Assembly: GCA_963663765.2 (NCBI GenBank)
Contig: CAXXUA010000013.1
Location: 160,001-224,000 of the forward strand
Direction: 5' to 3'
Origin: Candidatus Poribacteria bacterium
GTDB taxonomy: Bacteria; Poribacteria; WGA-4E; WGA-3G
DNA: 64,000 nucleotides
Shown in pieces: positions 26,739-37,304 of this stretch (position 1 is the first letter of the stretch; each line of letters starts with the position of its first letter). Position numbers and translations under genes: made by a program. Under the pieces are notes generated by a model that did not search any database, was not told the DNA's origin, and was given only the letters and a program-made list of their open reading frames with translations.

Positions 26739-27812
26739 TTGTTAATGATAAGAAAAATGTTTTTGTTGTTTGTTTTGTTAATCACCATGATTGGGTGTGA
26801 GAAAATTACAGATACAGTTATACAACCCCCTGATATGTCCGATCCAGAACCCCTGAAAGTAATAACCTATAATGTATATGTTGGCAGTAGTGCTGAACCA
26901 CTCTTATCGGTTGAGAACTTAGCACAAGTACCTGGTGAAGTAGCCAAGATGTACAACAATGTAATCGCTGCAGACTTTCCGAGTCGCGCTGCTGGAATTG
27001 CTAAAATTATAGGTGCACATAAACCGCATGTGATCGGCTTGCAAGAGATTTCGCTGATCCGCACTCAAAATCCTGGAGATTTTCTTCCTGACAATCCAAC
27101 ACTTGCAGAAGAAGTTCTCATGGATTATCTCCAAATCTTGATGAATGCGCTTCAGAGTGAAGGATTAAGCTATCAGGTTGCAGCGCAGGTTGAGAATCTT
27201 GATATTGAGATGCCGATGATCTTAGATTCTACCTTTGTTGATGTGAGATTAACTGACTATGATGTCATTCTGGCACGCAGCGATGTAGACATATCCCGAT
27301 CAACAAGTGCAAACTATAAAAATGCTCTGACAATTGATATGCTTGGATTGGAAGTTCAAAGAGGATATGCAGCTGTTGACGCAACCGTTTCTGGTGTAAC
27401 ATACCGTGTTGTTAACACACATTTAGAAGCATTTACAGAGGTGAATCGCGTGGCACAAACTCAGGAATTGGTTGATATTCTTTCTGATGAAACGCTTCCA
27501 ATCATTATGTTGGGTGACTTCAATACAAGAGCAACAGATGGCACAGGATACAACATTATACTTTCGTCAGGGTATGTTGACCTATGGCAACCGGATTCAG
27601 AAGGTTCAGGCAATACTTGCTGTCAAGACGACGACATTCTAAATGCTGTGAGTGATCTCACAGTGCGTATTGATCAAATTTTCGCCCGTAATTTCCAGCC
27701 TCAATATACAGTGGTTACGCAGACCTTAGGTGATAAAGCAGAAGATAGATTAGACTCTGGATTGTGGCCCTCAGATCATGCAGGAGTCCTTGCAGCAATA
27801 ACATTTGAATAG
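26739..27812 (+). CDS. Endonuclease/exonuclease/phosphatase family lipoprotein
   Basis: Lipobox MIGC; TYN, GLQE, NTHL, GDFN, RIDQI, PSDH. Confidence 0.88.
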   Translation: MLMIRKMFLLFVLLITMIGCEKITDTVIQPPDMSDPEPLKVITYNVYVGSSAEPLLSVENLAQVPGEVAKMYNNVIAADFPSRAAGIAKIIGAHKPHVIGLQEISLIRTQNPGDFLPDNPTLAEEVLMDYLQILMNALQSEGLSYQVAAQVENLDIEMPMILDSTFVDVRLTDYDVILARSDVDISRSTSANYKNALTIDMLGLEVQRGYAAVDATVSGVTYRVVNTHLEAFTEVNRVAQTQELVDILSDETLPIIMLGDFNTRATDGTGYNIILSSGYVDLWQPDSEGSGNTCCQDDDILNAVSDLTVRIDQIFARNFQPQYTVVTQTLGDKAEDRLDSGLWPSDHAGVLAAITFE

Positions 27813-27891
27813 GTGTAATTTATAGTAAATAAGTAGGTTTGCCTTTACAAAATTATTTGTTTCTCACATCAACATTATATAGAAGTTTAGC

Positions 27892-27929
27892 AAAATGGTA
27901 GACATGTATTGTAGCATGTCTACCATTTT
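27892..27929. terminator. Bidirectional terminator between convergent genes
   Basis: 15-bp perfect stem AAAATGGTAGACATG / CATGTCTACCATTTT. Confidence 0.85.
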
Positions 27930-27957
27930 TGTAGCATTATTGCTGAGGTCAGTGATA

Positions 27958-29118
27958 CTATTCTGGTGCAGCAATTATTATGTTTGACTGTGGCATTCCA
28001 TTCAGTATTTGCCGCACACCTACACTCTTGACAGGATTGCGATTCTCGTCAAAGCGAGTAATAGTGGTTGCACCTACATAACCGGTAATCGTACCGATTG
28101 CATCACGTAAAGCAATCGGATCATTGGCTGATCCTGTAGTTTCAATTGCTATAGCTAATATATACATGGCATCATACCCCGTGGCAGCAATGCCATCAAC
28201 AGATCCATATTCCAATTCATAGGCAGTGTTAAACGCTGTAGCATCAGGATCTAAGTTTGTGCAATAATAGGAATTTTCAAGCGGAGAATTATCCTCTAAT
28301 GTTGTAAACATCAATGGATCGTCCCAACCATCACTACCTATGAAGGTAGACTCAATCCCTAACTCACGCGCTTGTTTCATTATGACTGGATTTGCTGGTG
28401 GAAAGCTGGCGAGAAGCAGCACATCTGGATCTGCTTCTTTGACAGCACTTAGTTGGCTGTCATACGTCGTGTCGCTACCTTGATACGTATGCTCAACAAC
28501 GACGTTACCACCGAGTGTCTCAAAACTCGATTTAAATGACTCTACAAAGCCAATTGAATATACATCTCCAACTAACCACAACATTCCAGCTGTTTCTGCT
28601 TCTAATTGCTCTACAACAAGCTTTGCAAGAAGTTCCGCTTGCAACACATTAGAACCAGCAATGAGAAACATGAGGTCGTTTGGATCAGTTTCTTCCGCAG
28701 TTACCTCAGCCCTTGTTGCCCCTAAAAGGACTGGAACAGAAGTAACTGGACCAACTTTCACCGCGTGACTGGAAAAGAGTGGTCCTAAAATAGCGACTAC
28801 ATTCTCATTTTCAATTAAATCAGTTGCAGATTCGACGACAGTATCCGTTTCTTCTTGTCTGAAGACTAACTCAACCTGCATACCAAGAACTCCCCCGTCC
28901 GCGTTAATCTCTGCTTGTGCAAGTTTTGCACCATTACCGAAACTAATGTAATTTGGCTGGGGATGAATCAAACCTACTTTTAGAGTAGGCGTTGTATCTG
29001 GGGGAGTGATTACACCATCTGTCACCCCCATATCAATTATCTTTTCACAACTGGTCAAAAATATTATTGAACATAATAACATTACCGAAAGGATATTCTT
29101 AAAAAACTTACCACACAT
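27958..29118 (-). CDS. LivJ/K-type ABC substrate-binding lipoprotein, orphan
   Basis: Lipobox LTSC; EINADGGVLG, ILGPLFSS, FIGSDGWD, GYDA. Confidence 0.88.
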   Translation of the reverse strand: MCGKFFKNILSVMLLCSIIFLTSCEKIIDMGVTDGVITPPDTTPTLKVGLIHPQPNYISFGNGAKLAQAEINADGGVLGMQVELVFRQEETDTVVESATDLIENENVVAILGPLFSSHAVKVGPVTSVPVLLGATRAEVTAEETDPNDLMFLIAGSNVLQAELLAKLVVEQLEAETAGMLWLVGDVYSIGFVESFKSSFETLGGNVVVEHTYQGSDTTYDSQLSAVKEADPDVLLLASFPPANPVIMKQARELGIESTFIGSDGWDDPLMFTTLEDNSPLENSYYCTNLDPDATAFNTAYELEYGSVDGIAATGYDAMYILAIAIETTGSANDPIALRDAIGTITGYVGATTITRFDENRNPVKSVGVRQILNGMPQSNIIIAAPE

Positions 29119-29170
29119 TAGATCCTCCTAAAGAATCAAGTTTATTATAGATTATCGCAAAACAGACAAC

Positions 29171-29617
29171 CTAACCACTATCACTGTTTCTCAGCAAGTG
29201 TACTCCCAATGCACCGTTCAATAACGGTAGGGCTGCATCCACTATCATCCAAACCATAGATGCAGTGTCAGTCTGAGTAGGCGTATAGTCTCTGCCTGGA
29301 TTGATTATTCCAAACCAATTCCAGAAGAAAAATACCGCAACAAACATGAAACCATAAAAAAGTGTGTTTGCGGCTATAAACTCCTGCACACTTGAATTCT
29401 CATTAACTTTACTCATACGGCTATAACTCAATATTATACCCAACACGATAGAAATAGCTGAGAGTATATTGATATACTTCCATACCGGATCATTGTATGG
29501 ACTTGCACCTTCTTCTGTTGCTGAAGTATGGTACAAAGGTTCAACCACTGTATTAATTGCGACAATTGCCGCGACAAGTATTAGAAAAACACCTATTATC
29601 TTCAAAATGCTTGTCAT
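29171..29617 (-). CDS. Hypothetical four-TM membrane protein
   Basis: AAGGAG RBS; four hydrophobic segments. Confidence 0.8.
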   Translation of the reverse strand: MTSILKIIGVFLILVAAIVAINTVVEPLYHTSATEEGASPYNDPVWKYINILSAISIVLGIILSYSRMSKVNENSSVQEFIAANTLFYGFMFVAVFFFWNWFGIINPGRDYTPTQTDTASMVWMIVDAALPLLNGALGVHLLRNSDSG

Positions 29618-29783
29618 GATACTTCTCCTTCCCTGAAAGGGTTATTTGTGATTCATTCAAATGTGATTTAATACATTCATTACAATTCTACGAAATCAAC
29701 ATCTTGGCCAGGATGTTGATTAGAGTGTAATGTCAGTGTGCTATATAACACCTGACAATAACATGTCACTAATTACATCTGTG

Positions 29784-29812
29784 ATTTTAGTAAAAAAGTA
29801 AATTAATGTCAA
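29784..29812 (-). promoter_or_regulatory. Promoter for the 29617 gene, with a ~160-nt structured leader
   Basis: TTGACA-17 nt-TAAAAT on the minus strand. Confidence 0.7.
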
Positions 29813-29824
29813 CACATTATGTTT

Positions 29825-30138
29825 TACTATAGTTTCGACAATTTCCAAACGAGAACAAATATTAGAAATTGGTTCACTGCTTATGTTACCAAATCAATAC
29901 ACAACGAACAAAACGCAAACCCTCTTTGCTACATCGGAGCAATATGTTTATAGCTATATTGTCAACCGACATCTCCGCTGGAGCGCATGATTGTGGGTAT
30001 ACCGTTTTCTATAAACATAGCACTCCGCTGGAGTGCAGTATTTTCTCCAGTTTCATAATATATACGCAACTCGTAGTAAAATAGACGTTCTATTGAATAC
30101 TCAACTTTTGCAAGATGAGAATTGTCCAAACTATAGTA
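29825..30138. mobile_element. MITE, TIR TACTATAGTTT(C/G)GACAATT
   Basis: 18/19 inverted match; internal GGAGC-ATGTTTATAG / CTATAAACAT-GCACTCC palindromic repeat; similar right end at 5672-5690. Confidence 0.8.
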
Positions 30139-30159
30139 TGTTTTACTATAAGTGAATAA

Positions 30160-30277
30160 TTATGGTAGATTATACAAGTTATTCTACATTCTGAGTTGTA
30201 GGAGCAACCTCCCGGGCGCGACCGGGGAGATCGCTCTTACAGAATAGGTGTATAATTACTTCAATAATTCACCATAA
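30160..30277. mobile_element. MITE, TIR TTATGGT(AG/GA)ATTAT, carrying a GTAG REP
   Basis: TTATGGTAGATTAT...ATAATTCACCATAA; internal GTAGGAGCAACCTCCCGG...GGGAGATCGCTCTTAC; solo ends at ~11433 and ~60569. Confidence 0.7.
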
Positions 30278-30411
30278 TTCCAAAATCTACCATAAATGAC
30301 AATTGAATTCCCCTAGAATTGTCTATTATTCCCCTTGAATTCTAAAAGGTTATCTTATAGAATTCATAAGTATGAAAGCAAATTGTTTAACGTATCTCAT
30401 AAATACGTTTT

Positions 30412-31567
30412 ATACCGTATTAACGGAATAGTTCTTGTTTATATTTTTTTGAAAATATGCTATTGTGAACAGATGAAAAAGAAAAAACATGAGGTTCTCC
30501 CTCACTTTCCAGTAGAAGTTCTTAGACAAAGGTATCTTGAATGTAAATGTACTCGGGAACGGACGCATTGGCATATTATTTGGCTTCTTGCTGATACGAC
30601 ACATCCACGCACATCCCGCGAAGTTGCTGAGATTGTAGGATGCACTCCGGACTGGGTTCGCAAGTTGCTCAAACGCTATAATGCTGAAGGGGAAACAGCT
30701 CTACAAGATAAACGGAAAAACAATAAAGGCAAGCGTTTTTTGGATGAGAAACAGCAAGCAGCACTTGAAGCTGTGCTTTCTGAGCCCCCTGCCGATGGTG
30801 GTCTTTGGACAGGTCCGAAGGTAGCTGCGTGGATATCTGAGACCCTTCAGCGTCCTGTCAGTAATGTGTCAGGTTGGAAATATCTCAAGCGTCTCGGTTG
30901 GACTTTACAAACGCCTCGTCCACAACATCAGGCTGCAGCAACCCCCGAAGCACAGCAACATTAAAAAAAAACTTAAGGATCGGGTAGCTACGCTTGAAAG
31001 TCAGCACCCGGAGAAACCTGTAGAGATTTGGGCAGAAGACGAGGCGCGCTTAGGATTATTGCCTGTTCATCGGCGTGTCTGGGCGAAGCAAGGTGAAAGA
31101 CCGGTAGCCCCGGTGTGTCCAGCCTATAAATGGCTCTATGGTTTCGGTTTTGTCCGTCCGCAGACAGGTGAGACCTATTGGCTTCTGATGCCGAGTGTGA
31201 GTGTTGAAATCATGAACCTTGCGCTGGCAGAGTTTGCTCGTGATGTGAACCCGGAAGGCAAAAAACAGATAATCCTCTTGTTAGATCGTGCGGGTTTTCA
31301 TACGGGTAAAGGTTTAGAAGTCCCACAAGGGATTGAGTTATCTTTTTTGCCGCCGTATACACCGGAACTTCAACCTGCTGAACGCCTATGGCCTCTGTTG
31401 CGGGAGGTGGTTGTAAATAAAGTTTGGACAACACTATCAGCACTTGAAGAAGTATTGGTAAAAAGGTGTCAATGGTTTTCCGAAAACAAAAAGAAAGTGC
31501 AGGCACACGTCGGTTTTCAGTGGATTTGCAAAATGGGAAAACAATACGAAACTCGTTAATTTGGTAT
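30412..31567 (+). mobile_element. IS630-family element, two-ORF type with a damaged junction
   Basis: TIR ATACCGTATTAACG / CGTTAATTTGGTAT (12/14); orfA 30473-30964, orfB to 31559. Confidence 0.9.
30473..31559 (+). pseudogene. IS630 transposase split at an A9 tract (orfA HTH, orfB DDE)
   Basis: orfA LWTGPKV...PRP ends in TAA; orfB has WAEDEAR, LDRAGFH, LPPYTPELQPAERLW; frames offset +1. Confidence 0.85.
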
Positions 31568-31681
31568 TAGTTCAAATTCATAGGTTCTTGTGTCTTGTAA
31601 ATCGGGGTTAGAAATCCCTTCTACCATTTATGAGATAGGTTGTAAAAGTTTAATCAATTTTGAATATATTTGAGGTTAGTT

Positions 31682-32644
31682 ATGTCAGATTCAAATGATA
31701 TTAATGTAGCAGAAATCATTCCAAAAGAATCAGAGTTAGAAGTGGTATATGACGAAGCGCATTTTACTGAGGGACCCACCGTCGCACCAGATAACACTGT
31801 CTATTTCAGTGATATTACCTTCACACACCAAACCGATATGCAAGCTGGAAATATCATGAAATATGATCCTGAGATAGATAAAACGACTGTCTTTAGATCA
31901 CCCAGTGGGATGTCAAACGGCATGAAATGTGACTCACAAGGACGTTTAGTTATCGCAGAAGGTGCAGACTTCGGTGGACGAAGAATTATACGAACCGACA
32001 TGCAAACAGGTAAAAGTGAAATCATCGCCGCACTCTATGAAGGTAAACCCTTAAATTCACCTAACGATCTAACAATAGATGAACAGGGACGTATCTATTT
32101 CACCGATCCTCGTTATGTTGGTCATGAGTCAGTAGAGCAACCGGTTATGGGTGTGTATCGGATAGACACGGATGGTTCCGTGCATCTCGTCATTGCTGAT
32201 TCTGGAAAACCCAACGGTATAGCAGTCTCTCCTGACCAGAAAACCCTTTATGTCGGAAGCAACGACAGTGGGACGTTCCGTGAGATGCCTGAGGATGTGC
32301 CAACTTACACGGGGAGAATGGCACTCCTTGCTTATGATCTATCAATGGATGGTACTACTTCATACCGCGAAACACTTGTTGACTATGCACCTGAACACGG
32401 ACCGGATGGGTTTGAAGTTGATGTTGAAGGGAATCTATATGTGGCAGTCCGAGATAAAACACGATTCGGTATCTGTGTGTATACTCCAGATGGGACGGAA
32501 TTGGCTTATATTAAAACACCGGAACTACCGACTAACGTTGCATTCGGACGCGGAGAATTAAGCAAAATACTATATATCACAGCAGGGGGCGGACTCTATA
32601 GAATTCGTGTCTCAAAAGATGGTTATCATCTTCCGCAGAAATAA
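31682..32644 (+). CDS. SMP-30/gluconolactonase family protein
   Basis: FTEGP, SNG, LNSPND, YFTDP, PNGIA, PDG. Confidence 0.92.
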   Translation: MSDSNDINVAEIIPKESELEVVYDEAHFTEGPTVAPDNTVYFSDITFTHQTDMQAGNIMKYDPEIDKTTVFRSPSGMSNGMKCDSQGRLVIAEGADFGGRRIIRTDMQTGKSEIIAALYEGKPLNSPNDLTIDEQGRIYFTDPRYVGHESVEQPVMGVYRIDTDGSVHLVIADSGKPNGIAVSPDQKTLYVGSNDSGTFREMPEDVPTYTGRMALLAYDLSMDGTTSYRETLVDYAPEHGPDGFEVDVEGNLYVAVRDKTRFGICVYTPDGTELAYIKTPELPTNVAFGRGELSKILYITAGGGLYRIRVSKDGYHLPQK

Positions 32645-32657
32645 CATAACTGGTGAA

Positions 32658-34058
32658 TCAATAATCCGGATGGATGTTATGCCACTGTGTAGCAGATTGA
32701 TATGCGTTTCCAACTTGACATAACATAGGTTCTTCTAAGTGTTTACCGACAAACTGAATGCTCAGTGGTAATCCATCGTTAGTCATACCGCAAGGTGTAG
32801 ATAGTGTCGGTGTTCCGTTGTAGTCAAAGGGAACAGTAAACCGTTGAAACCAAGCCGGTCTTGTCTCTTTTGGACCGTATAGCGATTCTGGTGTAACTTT
32901 GTGTGGTTGTGCAGCCATTGATGGACAAACCAACACATCAATATCTTGGAATATACGTCTGAGATGTCCTGAACATTCATTTCTTAGATTATTGGCTTCA
33001 GCATAGTCTGCACCCGTCACTTTTGCTCCCATATCAAGCCAACCTTGAAACCAAGGTCCATATTCATCTCGTCGTGAAGGATATGTTGAAGAATGTGCAA
33101 AAACTGCTTCCGCAGAACAAAGGGTAGGCCATGCTAATACATACTCGTCCATATCGGGTAATTGTACTTCAATAATCTCTGCACCTAACTCTTGCAGTAA
33201 TTTGACACCTACTTGCACTGCATTAGCTAATTGATCATTTACATCTTTAGTTGCATAATGTTCATCAAAACCTATTTTCACTCCTTTGATACCGTTCTCA
33301 ATTCCATCAATTATAGCAGTTACTGGATAGGGTAGAGAAGTCGGATCGTTTGGGTCATACCCAGCAATTGCTTGCAACATGATGGCTGCGTCCTTCACGG
33401 TACGTGTCATCGGTCCGACGTGATCCAGTGATTCAGCAAGTGGGAGGACACCATATCGACTCACTCTGCCCCAGGTCGGTTTCAACCCAACGATACCACA
33501 AGCAGCAGAAGGAAACCGAATTGAACCGCCTGTATCGCTACCAATTGAACCTGCACAAAAACCTGCTGCGGTTGCGACACCTGAACCACTTGATGATGAA
33601 CCTGTCCACTGCTTCTCATTCCAAGGATTGATAGGTATATCAAATTCGGGATGATAACCTCCCATTGCACCTTCAGTCAGATTGAGTTTGCCAAGTAGCA
33701 CAGCACCAGAATCATTCAGTTTTTCAACAACGGTGCTGTTGTATTCTGGGATGTGGTCTGCTAAAACTTTTGCACCACCCATCGTTCGGACACCCTTTGT
33801 AAAACATAGATCTTTAACAGCGATAGGAATTCCATGCAGTGGTCCACGATAGATTCCTGAAAATATTTCTTTTTCTGCTTGCTGTGCTGTATTCAGTGCA
33901 TGTTCCGGCATTAGGGATGCATAACTTTTTAGTTGGTCGTCAACTTTGTTAATACGTTCCAGCATTGCTGTCGTTAGTTCAACAGGTGACAACTGCTTTG
34001 ATAATAGAAGTTCAGCTAATTCTGTGATAGGTTTGTAATGTAAGGGATTTGCTGACAT
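32658..34058 (-). CDS. Amidase signature family enzyme
   Basis: GIPIAVKD, GSSSSGSG, GSDTGGSIRFP. Confidence 0.93.
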   Translation of the reverse strand: MSANPLHYKPITELAELLLSKQLSPVELTTAMLERINKVDDQLKSYASLMPEHALNTAQQAEKEIFSGIYRGPLHGIPIAVKDLCFTKGVRTMGGAKVLADHIPEYNSTVVEKLNDSGAVLLGKLNLTEGAMGGYHPEFDIPINPWNEKQWTGSSSSGSGVATAAGFCAGSIGSDTGGSIRFPSAACGIVGLKPTWGRVSRYGVLPLAESLDHVGPMTRTVKDAAIMLQAIAGYDPNDPTSLPYPVTAIIDGIENGIKGVKIGFDEHYATKDVNDQLANAVQVGVKLLQELGAEIIEVQLPDMDEYVLAWPTLCSAEAVFAHSSTYPSRRDEYGPWFQGWLDMGAKVTGADYAEANNLRNECSGHLRRIFQDIDVLVCPSMAAQPHKVTPESLYGPKETRPAWFQRFTVPFDYNGTPTLSTPCGMTNDGLPLSIQFVGKHLEEPMLCQVGNAYQSATQWHNIHPDY

Positions 34059-34157
34059 TATTTCCTTTCAATCAAGTAGAAGTCTACAATAACAAATATA
34101 ACCAGATTGTATTTTCTATATAATTCGTTGAATCTGCGAAATAATCGTGTTATCATA

Positions 34158-35348
34158 TCAGTGTCGTGGGAAGAAGGTATCAATTCCTGCTGCAACATCT
34201 TCAATTGGATGTCCGTACAGTTTCTCATATTTTTCGTGTGTACCGCGTTCGGTATCTGTGAGTTCTGTTATTGGGAATAGTAGTGTTTCTCTGCTTCGTT
34301 TACCCGATTCACTCATAGCAATGTTCATCTCTTGGTCTTGTCTTCCGCGTGTTGCCCCATATTCTGGTTCAGTATCATTTAGGACTGCATTGGCTATGCT
34401 AAGTAGTTCATCTGCTACAGCAATTTGTCTTTCAGCGAGTGGGTAATTTTTCAGCGGATTGTCCCATGTCACCGTTTGATCGGGGAGCTCAAGTTCAATT
34501 TTATCAAGAACATCAACTCCGTTAACATCAATTGTATGCCGTTTAGCACGATGTGCAATTCCTTTTGCACCGGATTGCAAATCAGATTCGGGTGTAACGT
34601 ATATGTCTTCACCGACAATCGTGCCTTTACTACCGTCAATTTGTGAGATACCAGTTTGTCCGCGTCCAAGTGAACGTGCATGTATGACATTAGAGTATAC
34701 CATTAATGCTGTTGCATTGTTGTCAAATTCAATAAAACCGAAGCTCCACCTTTCACTTGTATGGTTGCGTTTCATTGCATCTATAATGGGAATGATAGGC
34801 GTTGATTGTGTTATTCCGAGTGCAGATTTTGGTTCACCACCTGCACGTAATCGGAGCATACTCATGCCGTGATAGCCACCTTCATAGAATATTCGGTAAA
34901 TACGAGCAACATCACCGATGACACCTGCGTCAATGACTTTTGAGAGAAATCGTTCTCGTGGTGCGCGATAGTAATTTTCAGCTACTTCAAGTTTGACGTT
35001 ATTTACCTTAGCACTTTCAATCATCATATCAGCAGCGGGAAGTGTCAAAGCGATTGGTGTTTCACAGATGATATGTACACCCGCATCAGCCATAAAGCAT
35101 GCTACTGCTTGATGTGCTAATCCGGGTACAGTTATATCAACGACATCAAGTTGTTCATGTTTTACCAGATCACGTACGTTAGTATATGCGTTTGCTCCGT
35201 ATTTTTCTGCGAAACGTGTCGCAGTATCCTCATCCATATCGCATATAGCAACAAGATTGTAGACATCTTTGAGTTTTGCGATTACGGATAGATGTGAACC
35301 ACCACCACGTCTGCCAGCACCGATTAATGCAATATTGAGTTTTGACAT
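34158..35348 (-). CDS. Gfo/Idh/MocA oxidoreductase
   Basis: IALIGAG, VHIICETP (EKP variant), VAENY. Confidence 0.9.
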   Translation of the reverse strand: MSKLNIALIGAGRRGGGSHLSVIAKLKDVYNLVAICDMDEDTATRFAEKYGANAYTNVRDLVKHEQLDVVDITVPGLAHQAVACFMADAGVHIICETPIALTLPAADMMIESAKVNNVKLEVAENYYRAPRERFLSKVIDAGVIGDVARIYRIFYEGGYHGMSMLRLRAGGEPKSALGITQSTPIIPIIDAMKRNHTSERWSFGFIEFDNNATALMVYSNVIHARSLGRGQTGISQIDGSKGTIVGEDIYVTPESDLQSGAKGIAHRAKRHTIDVNGVDVLDKIELELPDQTVTWDNPLKNYPLAERQIAVADELLSIANAVLNDTEPEYGATRGRQDQEMNIAMSESGKRSRETLLFPITELTDTERGTHEKYEKLYGHPIEDVAAGIDTFFPRH

Positions 35349-35465
35349 AAATGTCTCCTTAGCTTATATTCCTAAAATGTTAGTCACTTAATTTTATGCT
35401 AATTTACTGGTAATCAAAATAACATTTTTGATAAAATGCGTCAATAAAAATCGGGAGTTTGGCTG

Positions 35466-36233
35466 ATGATTGCATTAATCCTAAAAGACCTTCAAATATA
35501 TTCCAAAACTCAGAAATACAGGAATATTCTTTTTATTTCTATTTCAATTCTTGTGCTTCTGTTTTTTGTAGGAACATTAGAGTTTTATGCTCAAGGAACA
35601 GATACTCAACGAGATGGTAAATATATTGATGTCGGCAAACAGACATATACCTTATTTATTTACTGTATATTTTTCATGCAAGTTTTTGTGACACAACATG
35701 CAGTTGATTCAATTTATATGGAACAGTCAAAGATTTCAAGACAAAATCCATTTCAGTTGAAGAATGGAAATATAGGTTTGTTAGTACTAACTCCTTTGTC
35801 TAATTGGAATATCTTGATTGGTAAGTTAACGACAGTCTTGATTTGGTCAGGATGGGTAATATGGTTTACAATTCCATTATTTATGCTTTCAGTTTTTATA
35901 GGCGGATTAGGGTTAACACCATTGTTGAAATGTGGTGTTGTAATATTGATGAGTTCTATTCTATTTACGATGATAGGCTTATGTTACGCATCATTCCACT
36001 CAGTTATTCAGGCGAAAATATTCAGTTATGGAATAGTACTTGCACTTACATTCCTTCCGTTGTTTCCGATAACTCCGTTCGCTAACGTACCAATGTTGTC
36101 ATTAATGAGTCCTTTAACTGCGCTGTTTGCTGTCTTGAAAACTGACCCATCATCTCTGTGGTTGTGGAACATTAGTTTTAATTGTGCGTTATGCTTACTT
36201 ATATTTCCCATTGTAACGCATAGGTTGGATTGA
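35466..36233 (+). CDS. ABC-2-type permease-like membrane protein
   Basis: About six TMs; LLVLTPLSNWNILIGKL motif. Confidence 0.65.
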   Translation: MIALILKDLQIYSKTQKYRNILFISISILVLLFFVGTLEFYAQGTDTQRDGKYIDVGKQTYTLFIYCIFFMQVFVTQHAVDSIYMEQSKISRQNPFQLKNGNIGLLVLTPLSNWNILIGKLTTVLIWSGWVIWFTIPLFMLSVFIGGLGLTPLLKCGVVILMSSILFTMIGLCYASFHSVIQAKIFSYGIVLALTFLPLFPITPFANVPMLSLMSPLTALFAVLKTDPSSLWLWNISFNCALCLLIFPIVTHRLD

Positions 36234-36258
36234 CACAGCTGTTTTCGTAGGTTATAAT
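36230..36258 (+). promoter_or_regulatory. trpS promoter
   Basis: TTGACA-17 nt-TATAAT. Confidence 0.8.
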
Positions 36259-36281
36259 TAGGTTAGACAAAACTAAGGAGA

Positions 36282-37289
36282 ATGAATTTGAAACAGATTG
36301 CATTAACAGGTATAAAACCGACAGGACAACCTCATATCGGCAACTATTTGGGTATGATAAAACCCGCTCTGGAACTTACAAAAGAGTATCAAGCATATTA
36401 TTTTATCGCTGATTACCACGCCCTCACAACCGTTAAAAACAAAAAGGAATTAGAGGAATTAACCTATCAAGTAGCAGCTACATGGTTGGCATTAGGTTTG
36501 AATCCTAATGAAGTAATCTTCTACCGACAATCGGATATTCCAGAAGTGTTTGAGTTGTCGTGGGTGTTAGCGTGTTTCACATCCAAGGGCCTAATTAATA
36601 GAGCACACGCATATAAGACTCTGGTAGACGATAATGTTGCAGCAGGTCGTGAAGAGGACAAAAACATTAATTCTGGACTCTACACATATCCAATCTTGAT
36701 GGCTGCGGATATTCTGTTGTTTGGAACACACATTGTTCCTGTTGGTTTTGACCAGAAACAACACCTTGAAATAACACGAGATGTGGCGATGACATTCAAT
36801 AAGACCTATCATGAAGTGCTGGTTGTACCTGAGGCAGTAATTCGGAAAGAGGTGATGACAATCTCAGGACTCGACGGTAGGAAGATGAGTAAGAGTTATA
36901 ATAATGTTATCCCACTTTTTGCCCCTTCAAATCAGGTGCGTAAACAGGTCATGCGTATCGTAACCGATTCAAAACGCCCCGAAGAACCGAAAGATCCTGA
37001 TGAATGTAATGTATTTGCTATTTATCGTCATTTTGCTGATGCTGATGCTGTTGAAGCAAAACGTCAACTCTATCTCAATGGTGGTCTCGGTTATGGTGAT
37101 ATGAAAAATGAACTTTATGAGTTGTTGGAGTCTACATTTTCAGCACAAGGTGAGCAGTATAATACGTTTATGGAGAACCGAAATGAATTGGATCGGATTC
37201 TTGAACGAGGGGCAGAAAAAGCGCGTGACATTGCTGTGCCGATTTTGGCGAAGGTTCGTAAGGCGATTGGTGTGACTAGCGAGCGGTAG
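36282..37289 (+). CDS. trpS: Tryptophanyl-tRNA synthetase
   Basis: TGIKPTGQPHIGNY, YPILMAADIL, VGFDQKQH, KMSKS. Confidence 0.98.
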   Translation: MNLKQIALTGIKPTGQPHIGNYLGMIKPALELTKEYQAYYFIADYHALTTVKNKKELEELTYQVAATWLALGLNPNEVIFYRQSDIPEVFELSWVLACFTSKGLINRAHAYKTLVDDNVAAGREEDKNINSGLYTYPILMAADILLFGTHIVPVGFDQKQHLEITRDVAMTFNKTYHEVLVVPEAVIRKEVMTISGLDGRKMSKSYNNVIPLFAPSNQVRKQVMRIVTDSKRPEEPKDPDECNVFAIYRHFADADAVEAKRQLYLNGGLGYGDMKNELYELLESTFSAQGEQYNTFMENRNELDRILERGAEKARDIAVPILAKVRKAIGVTSER

Positions 37290-37304
37290 GATAGAATCGT
37301 TGAG

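Larger units (their letters stand above)
30393..31637. mobile_element. MITE shell (TIR TATCTCATAAAT) into which an IS630 has inserted
   Basis: Perfect 12-bp inverted repeat at 30393-30404 / 31626-31637; REP arm GGGGTTAGAAATCCCTTCTAC inside. Confidence 0.65.

Noticed and set aside
30335-30472. Long N-terminal extension of IS630 orfA in the ORF track
   Set aside because: It runs outside the element's TIR; the real start is ATG 30473
32658-34058. gatA call
   Set aside because: No gatB or gatC nearby and GatA-specific motifs are missing; called a generic amidase
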